A stretch of 64,000 nucleotides of DNA, taken from the NCBI GenBank assembly GCA_951406725.2, contig OX597818.1:106516001-106580000 (forward strand), in the 5' to 3' direction. The translations under genes were made by a program, and so were the position numbers. Below are positions 1-10,950 of this stretch, piece after piece; positions within the stretch are counted from its first letter, which is position 1; the number at the start of each line of letters is the position of its first letter. This DNA is from Octopus vulgaris (taxonomy: Eukaryota). A model generated the notes under the pieces. The model searched no databases and was not told the origin of the DNA. It saw only the letters and a program-made list of their open reading frames with translations.

Positions 1-696
1 ACAGTCCATAATATACTTCAGAACACACGAGGAGCATGTCCTGTGATAGGAGAATGGAAAATAAGGACAGATGTCAATACAGTACAGCTGTTTCTAACGA
101 ATATTTTAATTGATAAATGAATACATTATATCATTATAAAAAAAAAAAAACGTTTTCTTCAGCCAAATACATGAATCTTACAATGAAGAACATTTAAAAT
201 GATCTTTTAAAAAAGGATTTAAACACCATAGTGATATACATATTCAATGATTCCCTTACTAGTTTTGTTGCAAAATGAGCTTACCAAAACAATGTACACT
301 TTGTCAGTGGGAGGGGATTTCAGAATAATATAGGGGTCAGGGGTCAGTTAGCTTTATGTATGTATATATATATATATATATATATATAACAGCCACTGAT
401 TTATGGTATATCCTGTAAACTGACAAGTTGATTTAGCTTATATCCATCGCCAATGGAGTGGTGTCAACAATGAGGATTAATTTTATCTGAAATTGGTTGG
501 CCGATCTGATGGGGAGGCTGACTCGCTTGCCAGTGTATAGAAAGTGCTCTCTTGAACAGAAAATGCTCTTTTCATGGCTAAGAGTTATTTTGGTTCTTAT
601 TTCTAACAATACTGGTACTAATTTCCACCCTTGATATCTTTTAATGATTGTATTTGTGCCTTTTGGTTCTAAATTGCATCCAGCCACTTTGATAAT

Positions 697-729
<33 letters not shown>

Positions 730-751
730 AACCACACACATGCACACACAT

Positions 752-911
752 ATATACTGAGAAAAAGGAGACAGTCAGAATTTAGGATAATTCTTTATTA
801 GTGCTTTCGTTTGTTTAACCAAGCTCTTGTCTTGAAGAGTTCATTTAAATGAACGAAAGTGCATTATAAAGAATTATCCAAAATTCTGATGGCCAACTTT
901 TTCTCAATGTA
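752..911. repeat. ~60-bp imperfect inverted repeat (fold-back) around a degenerate hammerhead-like core; possible Penelope terminal-repeat remnant
   Basis: Arm 752-811 (...gtcagaatttaggataattctttattagtgctttcgtt) is the approximate reverse complement of arm 852-911 (aacgaaagtgcattataaagaattatccaaaattctga...). Spacer and start of the right arm read cttgaaga-gttcat-ttaa-atgaac-gaaa. Confidence 0.6.
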
Positions 912-958
912 CAATAACTGTACACCACTTCAAACACTCTATACAAACATATGTATAT

Positions 959-1305
959 CATCATCATCATCATTATCATCATTTAAAATATGTTTCCCAT
1001 GTTGGCATGGATTAGACAGTTTAACTGGAACTGGTAAGCCAGAGAGCTGCACCAGGCACCAGTCTAGTTTGGTTTCTACAGCTGGATGTTCTTCCCATTG
1101 TCAACCACTCCAAGAATGTAGTGGGTGCCTTTTACGTGTCACTGGCACAGGTGCCTCTTAAATGTCATTGCCACAGGTACCTTTTACACGTCCTTGGCAC
1201 TGTGCCACAACTACAACTTCACTTGGCTTCACTTGTCATTGCAAGTACAGCAAATTGCCAATGGTCTCAATCACTTGTCATCACCTCTATGAGACTCAAT
1301 ACCCT
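959..1305 (-). mobile_element. RTE LINE 3' end fragment (3'UTR and tail)
   Basis: Reverse complement of the tail at 3260-3443. Begins with (CAT)n and the ccatg-ttgg-catgg hairpin; 1225-1300 matches the end of RTE ORF2. Confidence 0.75.
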
Positions 1306-1730
1306 TTCTCTTTGCAAGATGGTAGACTTTGATATTGAGGGAGATTTAGCTGTTATTTCTTGCAAATCCAACATCTGTAGGGAGATTTATTGGCTTGAAT
1401 GTATGTATGTATGTATATACGTGCTTGTGCATGAGGTGTGTGTGTGTGTGTGTGTATTTAATTAGCAGAAATTACAAAATTACTCAAGGCTCTTATCATG
1501 CTAGGCACCGCACCCTCGGCCCTTCAGTATTATATTGCTTGTATTCATTTTAGAAGGCTAGAATGTGAACAGAGTAACTAAACCAGAAAAGTGAATTCAA
1601 TACTAGTTTATAAATTAGTCCATTAAAAAAACGTATATAGACTTTTGTCAATGATGTGTGTACTGACAATGGTACCAGAGTGTTTCACCATTTTCTGAGG
1701 TTTTTAAATTGCTGAATAGGTAGTAAAATA

Positions 1731-2966
1731 TCTCTGTACTTGGCTTTCGTGGACATGGAGAAAGCCTTTTACATGGTCCCCCGATCCCTTATCTGGTAGT
1801 CAATGCAGAAACTAGGGAGAGATGAGTGGTTGGTGAGAGTTGTACAAGCCATGTACAGGGATGCTGTCAATAAGGTTGGCAACGAGCATAACAAAGAATT
1901 CCAAGTAGAAGTAGGGGTTCACCAAGGATCAGTCCTCAGCCCCCTCTTATTCATCATAGTCCTCCAAGCAATAACAGAGGAATTCAAGACAGGCAGCCCT
2001 TGGGAGCTCCTCTATGCTGACGACCTTGCTCTAATAGCTGAGACACTACCAGAACTAGAGAAGTTTCAGGTGTGGAAGCAAGGTCTAGAATCGAAGGGCC
2101 TTAGAGTTAAGCTAGCAAAAGGCAAAATCATAGTAAGTAGGAGGGCAGACAAATCACAAACGCCTTCAGGTAGATGGCCCTGCTCTAACTGTAGAAAAGG
2201 CTTAGGTAGAAACTCCATAAGATGTACCCAGTGTAATCTATGGACACATAAGATGTGCAGTAATATCAAAGGAAGGCTAACTGGGAAGATAGTTTTTGTA
2301 TGTGGCAGATGCTCGGGAGCAATAAACACTGAAAATGCGCAGAGACCAACTTCCGCCACATTCTAGGGAGAAAAACTAGAAGTAGTTGATAGTTTCTGTT
2401 ACCTAGGTGACCAAGTCAGTAGCGGAGGAGGGTGCGCTGAAAGTGTAGCTGCTAGAATAAGAATAGCCTGGGCAAAGTTCAGAGAGTTCTTACCTCTGCT
2501 GGTGACAAAGGGCCTCTCGCTCAGAGTAAAAGGCAGACTGTATAATGCATGTGTACGAACAGCCATGCTACATGGCAGTGAAACATGGGCCGTGACTGCT
2601 GAGGACATGCGTAATCTTGCAAGGAATGAAACCAGTATGCTCTACTGGATGTGTAATGTCAGTGTGCATACTCAACAGAGTGTAAGTACCTTGAGAGAAA
2701 TGTTGGACCTAAGAAGCATCAGCTGTGGTGTGCAAGAGAGACGACTGCGCTGGTATGGTCATGTGGTGAGAATGGATGAGGACAGCTGTGTGAAAAAGTA
2801 TCATACCGTAGCAGTAGAGGGAACCTGTAGAAGAGGCAGACCCAGGAAAACCTGGGATGAAGTGGTGAAGCACACCCTTCGAACATTAGGCCTCACTGAG
2901 GCAATGACAAGTGACCAAGACCTTTGGAGATATGTTGTGCTTGAGAAGACCTGGCAAGCCAAGTGA
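1731..2966 (+). pseudogene. Disrupted RTE ORF2 (reverse transcriptase, PHD-like finger, C-terminus)
   Basis: ORFs 1803-2366 and 2502-2966 lie in one frame separated by an in-frame TAG at 2364-2366; another stop lies near 1797. YADD catalytic motif present. Confidence 0.9.
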
Positions 2967-3443
2967 TACCATGACCATGGCCTTTGCCAGTGTAGCATAA
3001 CCAGCCCATTTAAGAGTAACCTTCAATCATTGGACAATAAACTTTGCTTGCAGAGACCTCTTGAGACAAATGAAATTACTGTTGTGACCAATGACAGTAC
3101 TGCCTAATTGGCACCTGTGCCTGTGGCATGTAAAAAGTACCCTTTGTGCGTGATCATAGCAGTGTCACCTGACTGGCACCTGTGCCGGTGGTATGTAAAA
3201 AACACCATTTGAGCATGGTCGATGCCAGTACTACCTGACTGGCCCTCATGCCAGTGGTACATAAAAAGCACCCACTACACTCTTGGAATAGTTGGCGTTA
3301 AGAAGGGTATCCAGCTGTAGAAACTCTGCCAGATCAGTTTGGAGCCAGGTGCAGCCTTCTGGCTCTCTAGACCTCAGTCAACCCGTCCAACCTATGCCAG
3401 CATGGAAAGTGGACCTTAAATGACGGCAACAATGGTGATGATC
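1731..3443 (+). mobile_element. 5'-truncated RTE-clade non-LTR retrotransposon (ORF2 RT to 3'UTR)
   Basis: Translates to LYLAFVDMEKAF..VPR..IW, GVHQGSVLSPLLF, LLYADDLAL, GLRVKLAK, LEVVDSFCYLG, RIAWAKFRE, RRLRWYGHVVRM, RGRPRKTW. The 3'UTR has tandem sub-repeats and a degenerate (GAT)n tail. Confidence 0.95.
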
Positions 3444-3569
3444 CATATATATATATATGGTTGTAACTTGATTCCATCATCGGATAACACCAGCTTCCGT
3501 CTTCAGGGAAGAGTTTTACATTGGAAGTGTTGACAGAATGGAGTTTAACGATGGAATTCCATCTTTAAA

Positions 3570-3617
<48 letters not shown>

Positions 3618-4223
3618 CTCCATATTCACACACACACGCATATACATAGCTACTTTTCTACAAATATCCATAGACACACACCTCCATACACACTCACCTA
3701 AAGCCATGTATGTACAGGCACACATCTACACATAACTAATCAAACATATCTACAATTAATTCTACATCTGCAGGCAAGTTCTGGCTTTGTCTGCTCCTTG
3801 TTAATATTCTCACTCTCTCTTCTTACTGATGCTTGCTATCTCATCACATGCTGAATCTCACAACATTTCCAAATTCACTTTGGAAATAAAAAATTAGAAA
3901 TTTGCCAAAAGCTTCTACCTTTTGATTCTTTTAAGCAAGTCTCACAGACTTGTGCCTTCTGCTGACATTGTGATATCATATACAATGCATTGTTGTATTG
4001 TAGAACATAAAATACTGAAGTACGGACATGGTGGAGACTAGTATATTTGATGCTATAGATTGATAATCCTGTTACTTGTCTGCAGATCCTGGAAGGATGA
4101 AGAGTAAAAGTAATGGTAGGAATGTCTTTCATGACAGAATATACTGCACGAGGCTGCAGGTCTTGTATCAAAATCTAACATCATTAATGACTCTTTGTGC
4201 TGAACCATATTTACAATTGTAAT

Positions 4224-4400
4224 TGTAAAAAGCACCAAATACACTCATGGAGTGGTTGGCGTTAGGAAGGGCATCCAGCTGTAGAAACACTACCAGATCA
4301 GACTGGAGCCTGGTGCAGTCTCCTGGCTTCCCAGACCCCGGTCGAACCGTCCAACCCATGCTAGCATGGAAAACGGGCGTTAAACGATGATGATGATGAT
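4224..4400 (+). mobile_element. RTE 3'-tail-only insertion (well-preserved copy)
   Basis: ggagtggttggcgttaggaagggcatccagctgtagaaac...ccgtccaacccatgctagcatggaaaacgggcgttaaac(gat)n; homologous to 3260-3443. Confidence 0.85.
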
Positions 4401-6409
4401 TCCATCTGTTATTCCATCTCTAACAGAAATGTTTCAGGTTTTCTTATATTTGCAACCCTTTTATGCTACCAACTGACAATTTTTCCTTCCCCTGCACATA
4501 TGGCCACTACAACACATCACCCATTTATCATTGATTGTTTTTACTTTTTCAGGTGTCAGGTATAAACAGTCTTGCCAGACATCGTACCAATAGAAACATC
4601 ATTCTATGAAGAAACCTTTCATCACAAACACAAAAGACATGTTGGTTTACACTTTAGATCCAAACTGGAATTGAATATGAACTATTATATCTTACAATAA
4701 TGGTGGCATATGTCTGCAAAACTACAGCTGCTGCTATTGTTTGTGCATCAAGTATATGGAGGCAGGTAATAATACAAAACTGCTACTACTGCTAATATTA
4801 ATGTTGCTAATGTATCAGAAATCAATATTTATATTGACTGATAACACATATTTGCAGAAAAATAATGTTGCTTACAAGCTTTTTATTATTTTTTTATTAT
4901 TCTCCTGGTGACTGAGGTCAATTTTATTCCCTATTAAAAGTGCTTTGGTTCATTGATGTTGCTTATACCTTTTGTGAAAGTAAAAATAACCCTAGCTCCT
5001 AACTTATTGTCCCTTGAAAATGTTAGGCGTTTTAGTTCTTATTAAATTATTAAGCCTCTTGGTTGTAGCACAGTAAATAAATACACTAACAGACTTAACC
5101 TAATGTTGTCAGGTAATCTGATTCAATGACAAAATATTGCAGATTTCTGTTCTGTTGAAAAGAATTAAGAATGAAGAAGCAGTTATCTCGGGTCAACGAT
5201 TGATGATATCTACAATGACCTCAATACAATATCTTTATACCTAAAACACATAAAAATATTTAGAGATATCTCAGCCACAAAGAGCCACTTCTGAAATTCA
5301 ACTCTTCAGCAATTTGGTAACACTGACATTCTTAGCAACAATAAAGTCAATCAAATTATGATGGCTTCAAAATATTGGAACAGTCAATTCTTTAAAATTA
5401 ATTTTTGAAACATTAAGCTTATCTTTACAACTGCAGAATTTCAGAGAAATTATTTGATGAAGATAAAGTACACAGAATGTATGATAATCTTAGATAAAGA
5501 ACTGATAAAGGGAAATGATAATTGTGTTTTAATAATACTTTGCTAATTAATATAAATTAACCACAATGTTAGAGGTCACTTTGTCTAATTTCTCTTGATT
5601 TTGTTCAGCTTTCATGTAGATTTATCAAGCACTTAAAGATTTCAAAGATTAAATGATGACAGCAAAATAACAACAGTATTTAAAGAGATTAAAAAAAATT
5701 TAAGTCATCTTATTATTATTATTATAATTATTATTATTTTTTTTTTTTGTATGAAAACTTAATAATACTGAAATTAATTGCACTCAATTTTACTAATTTT
5801 TATGAGAAAGACAAACTGAAAGAGAGTATGATATAACGAAGAAAATTTTAAGGAAACAAATTAATATGAATGGAAAATGAGGCAATAATGTTTAGTTATA
5901 TACTTTTTACAATTTGACATGAATTAAAACTATTGTTAATAAGTTTTTTAAAAAGCAGCTTTTTAAAAAAAATCTTATTTTCAAATTTTTCAATACTTCA
6001 AATGAACCATAATATATCTATTGTTATTTATTTATTTTGCTTCGTTAGAGGAGTGAGTTTCAAATTTAGCATATATTAAGTTTTGAAGGCAAATAAGAAC
6101 AGAAAGGGTCTATAATAAAGAAAATTATTATTAAGTGAAGTTTCACTGTTTATTTACTTAATTATTTAGTCATCAAATGTTATCCGAGAAATGAAGGGGA
6201 AAATCAGGAGCATGTGTAGAGAAATAAAAATGCTTTGACAGTAATGGAGAGATGCAGCTAATAATTCATCTAATCTTTTATTGCTGGGGTGTACAAGGGA
6301 AAGCAATGCAGCTATGTAAGCAGAGCAGGGTTTTCAGTTATTACATGTCATTGTGATAATAAGCTCGATCCTGTTGATAGATATTTTAGATTATCAATGT
6401 CTTCTATCA

Positions 6410-6800
6410 TCTTATTCCAGTAACACAAACACTGAATTCCATGAAGCATTTGTCTTAAGTACAAGATTTTCTATGGCAGTCGCAATCCAGTCCCAATGTG
6501 GTTTTTCAGACTGGGCAGCATACACTATTGTGTCAATGTACTTGATACAATATGTTGGCTTGCACCAGACGTGTTCCCACCATCTGTCCACCATCTCTAC
6601 TGTCACTGGGAACCCACAAATTATACCACCACAATGCAACCATCATCCACATAACCATATCTATAAAAAATACCGTTCCAGTTTATCTGATAGCTTTACT
6701 GCTACACTACATCTCTCATATGTATTGCTGTATACGCTGTACCTCCTACCTATGATACCATTGTGTACCTGGAAATAATTTTCCAACAGTGTATCTTTTA
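6410..6800 (-). mobile_element. Decayed Penelope-like RT fragment
   Basis: Frameshifted minus-strand reading gives LLENYFQVHNG, then FYRYGYVDDGCIV (RYVDD-like), then VWCKPTYCIKYID (like Penelope VYRKPT..GQYL), in the expected order. Confidence 0.45.
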
Positions 6801-8624
6801 GATATACCGCTGCAGTGTATCTACAAGTCATACAGTTGCAGTGTATGCCATACTGGCTACATTGCACAGTGTGTCTAATTGCTTCTATTCTACCTTCTTC
6901 TATTCTGCAAGCAACAGTGTACACACTGATGCTTCTGCTGGAGTTTACTTATTGCTGACTGCTACTAAATATCTGCCAACTGTGACGGAGTCTCTATGTG
7001 GCTGCTCCATCTGTAAGAAGGAACAATAAAATCTGCCTCAAATCATTTTGAAAAAAAAAGAGCACACGGATAAATGAAAAAGGCAGATTGTCGCGGCTGA
7101 AATGCCTTTAACGAGGGGTCTGCTCTATCAAGGCTGACCTACAGCTAAACATCAACAACTGCCGCAATTAAACCCACCAGCACTACTCATCCTGTACACC
7201 GCCCCCGCCTATCACTGTGTACATTATATAGTACAGAGTTGTGATTATACTGAGTTCATCTTCACCCTCGTTGCCATCTTCAACAACAACAGCAACAACA
7301 TCAATTCCATTGATGCTATCATCAAGTCAATAGCACCATAATAGTTATTCTGCTTCTGAGAAAGATTTATTCTTTTATTGATATTAATTCCTTTTGGCAT
7401 AGGAAAAAAAACTACATCAGAGAAAGCTTTAGAAGTCAGCGGCATATTGATTCTCAAGAGTAAAACAAAGACCTAAAAACTGGTCTGTAAAGGAGGGTGG
7501 TGGAGAGGGGATAGATTAAAATTTCAAACGATTTCTTTTTTATCAAATATTTGATAATTTCATTTCATAATGAAGCTTTCTAAAATGTATAAAAATATTT
7601 ATTCTTTAAATTAACACTTTTTGCAGTTAATGTGGCTTTTTTTCTCAGTTTAGTTCTAAAGTAGCCCCACAATGAAATTAGTTCTAAATATAGAAAGTGA
7701 GGTGGTGGTGATGGGGATTGTCAACCACCCTTACTTGTCTTAGATCATAAAAAATCATTTTAAGTGTTTTAAACTGAATTTCTCCAGCTTGTTATCAGCA
7801 CTGAACACATCTCTAAAGATACAATTTTTTTTCTTTTTTTTTTTTCTGGAAGGAAACAAAAATGCAACCATTTAATTCTCTGCTCCCCAAATTGTACCAA
7901 AAAAAAAAAAAAAACCTAAAAAACAAAAATCATTCACTCTATAATTTCCTTCACTCACTAGTGCTGCATATTCCTTTGGTCTAATTTTACAAGTCACTGA
8001 AGAAATTATTTGATTTTCATCACTTTAACTAAACTGGAAGTTGGGTTTAGTAACTTTAGATTTTCATACTTTTGATAAAATAAAAGTGATATTCTTGCAA
8101 GGTGGACGTTAACCATTGTAGCTACACTTGTTCACTAAAAGAAAGCAAAGCTGGTTAGTTATGTAGTTTTAACATTACTGATAAAGATAATAGCATAAAA
8201 ATAGTCTTAAAAAATCACTGAAGCCAAAATGTTTTGAATGTCAATAGTTGATATTTTATCTGTTATTGTTAGCTGTAGGCATTCCAATTGATAATGCTTT
8301 TGAGAAAAACTGGTTGTGATTATCACAGATTCTCATTTTTGTTAGTCTAAGAAATTAATGTACACAATTTGATGAGTAAAAGAAACAGCTTAATAATATG
8401 CTTACTAATCTTGAAAACGAAACAGAAAATGTTGAAGCACAAGATATCTTCAGATACTGTTCAGTAAGACCGGCTGAGACAAACATTACCCCAACAGGAA
8501 GTAATGTCTTACACATAAAATATTATAACTCCGGATGTGTTTTGATAGATTAAACAAAAAGAATCTTTGAGAGGGCCTTAAAGTTTTCACACACACACAC
8601 ACACTAATTTAATTCCTTGCTACA

Positions 8625-8671
<47 letters not shown>

Positions 8672-8677
8672 ATGTAT

Positions 8678-9125
8678 ATCATCATCATCTTCACTGTTTA
8701 ACATCTGTTTCCCATGCTGACATGGGTTGGACAGTTTGACAGGGGCTGGCCAGCCGGGGAGCTGTCCAGACTCCCATTGTCTGACGTGGCATGGTTTCTG
8801 TGGCTGGGTGATGCCCTTCCTAATGCCAACCACTTTACAGGGTGTGTGCTGGGTGCATTTTATGTGGAACTGGCATGGCTGCACTTATGCATCAATGGCA
8901 CGAATGCATTTTATGTGCCACTGGCACCTGTAAAGAGCAAACCTGTATGAATAGACGACAGCAATTTAACTTAGCTTCACACGTCTTCTCAAGTGCAACA
9001 AACTGCCATAACTCCTGCCCCCTTGCCATTTCCTCATGGAGGCTTAGAGTTGGAAGATCCTTTCTCAGTACTTCATCTAACATCATCTTGGGTCTACCCC
9101 TTTCACAGGTTCCCTACACTATTAG
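8678..9125 (-). mobile_element. RTE LINE 3' end fragment
   Basis: Minus ORF MMLDEVLRKDLPTLSLHEEMARGQELWQFVALEKT matches the RTE C-terminus (WDEVVKHTLRTLGLTEAMTSDQDLWRYVVLEKT), followed by the RTE tail and (GAT)n. Confidence 0.85.
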
Positions 9126-9220
9126 TATATTGTGTATGTGGGTGTATCTATCTATCTATCTATCTATCTGTATCTTTCTACATATATATACATTATATAT
9201 ATATATATATATATATATAT

Positions 9221-9838
9221 AATCCTATCAAAGGGAAATGGAATTTAATTAAAATTAAAAACATTCAATCAAAATTTACATTTCCAGTGGTCTAACGCGT
9301 AAAAAAACATTAGTCAAAAAGACTATATATTAGTCATACAATATAGTGTATATTTAAACACATAGAGAATCCACTTATAGGGATTCTGCACGCTAGAAAG
9401 AACAGCTAAGTTCTATAACCACAAAAAAAAATTCGGGATAAAATTTGACAGGAATAAATTTGGAAATGAAAAACATTTACCATCTAGTTTCCTGGACCAA
9501 TTGGTTTCTAATCATCTTTTAATGAGTCATGGAAAACTCACAAGGTTTGATTTTCTTTAGCAGGTCCAACCTAGTGTTAAACATATCCACACGAAGACAA
9601 ACAAGGCTACTTGTCTCGTGTTCATACGAACTAACTTTTCAAATTTACTGTGCAGACGCAGTCCTTCGTTGGCTACAATAAAAAACCGCCAACTTTTAGC
9701 CGAAAATTATCCAAAAACTTACAGTATTTAATCATATCAAAGGGAAATAGAATTTACATTTCCAGTGGTCTAACGCGTAAAAAGATTTTAGTCAAAAAGA
9801 CTATATATTAGTCATACAATATAGTGTATATTTAAACA
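9221..9838. repeat. ~110-140-bp direct repeats flanking a ~370-bp segment (Penelope pseudo-LTR-like layout)
   Basis: 9221-9360 and 9730-9838 share aatc(c/a)tatcaaagggaaat and aatttacatttccagtggtctaacgcgtaaaaa...tagtcaaaaagactatatattagtcatacaatatagtgtatatttaaaca. Copy 1 has an extra ~30 bp. Confidence 0.8.
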
Positions 9839-10459
9839 AAGATATAACAAGGACCTCTGACAGTCAGCATTTTTATGCAGTATGTAGTTCCAAGTAAAGC
9901 TGATTTAGCTGATTTTTGCAGCACACCAAGATTGTAGGGTATTTCTGAAGTGTCCTATTTTTAAGGGTAGTAGATTTCTAGAATCATTAGAGTATTGGGC
10001 AAAATGCTTAGTGGTATTTCTTATGACTTTGTTTTGAGTTTAAATCTTGTTGAAATCATCTTTGATGTTCATTCTTCTGGGATTGAAATAAATAAAATAC
10101 ATGCAAGTATTGAAATTGATGCTCTCAACTAATTCTCTTTCCAAAAGTCAGACTTAGTTAATTTTTTTACCACTCATATTTTTCTTCACTCTGTGAGACA
10201 TGATTTATTGAAGTATTACCAAATGAAATGTTCTTCAATAATTACCTAAGGAAAGCAGCTTGCCATCAATACCCAGGGATAGATAGCAAAAAAAAAAAAA
10301 GAAAAAAATTCACAATCTTAGAATTTTATTTACACATATTTTCACATCCCAAATGGCTGCCAAACGTAATTATGTCACAAGACTGAACAATGGTATAGAG
10401 AAAAGAAATAAATAAAAATTTAAAGTAAAGAAAAACGGGGGGGGGATAGACGTGTGTGT

Positions 10460-10612
10460 GTGTGTGTTGTTAAGAAGCTCACTTTGTGATCATGTAGTTT
10501 CAAGTTCAGTCCCATTGCTTAGCATCTTGAGCAAGTGTCTTCTGCTGTAGTCCTAGACCAAGCAATTCCTTGAGAGTGAATTTGGGAAACGGAAACTGTG
10601 TAGAGACTGCTG
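10460..10612 (+). mobile_element. Partial tRNA-derived SINE (5' half)
   Basis: aagttcagtcccattg...agcatcttgagcaagtgtcttctgctgtagtcc...gtgaatttggg..acggaaactg; same family as 17050 and 59406. Confidence 0.65.
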
Positions 10613-10689
10613 CGTGTGTGAGGTGAGTGTTGTTATCATTAGGCCTAACTCATCATGAAGTAAATACCACCATGAATGAGATCCAAACT

Positions 10690-10950
10690 ACAGTGGAGAA
10701 AGGTCAGCCACTGGATTAACTTAAAAAGAGACAATGAGTGAAGGCTAGAAGAATGTTGAGCTTTATTTAATAACCAGTTGATCTAGCAAGCAGGGCCTTG
10801 TATCAGTGAAGGGGATCGGTATGCAATGAAGCCATTGAGAGGTAGGTCCCGAAATGGCATGCATTCTCTCTTGATGATCCCATACACTTGCTGGCTTCCA
10901 GTATGTGGAGCTTTCGACTGGTAGCACTTGCATGTGCAAGTTATTTGCAA
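10690..10950 (-). mobile_element. Possible Penelope GIY-YIG C-terminal remnant and terminal repeat
   Basis: Minus strand reads *LAHASATSRKLHILEA (resembles Penelope ILA....RKL.ILEA), with aataaagc downstream. Confidence 0.3.

Noticed and set aside
433-747. 104-aa minus ORF
   Set aside because: Starts in a microsatellite and has no recognisable motif; probably repeat-derived.
3460-3570. Minus-strand ctgaaga-cgga...tccg hammerhead-like start
   Set aside because: GAAA and stems I/III not found; too degenerate to call, though it may be a Penelope-related repeat.
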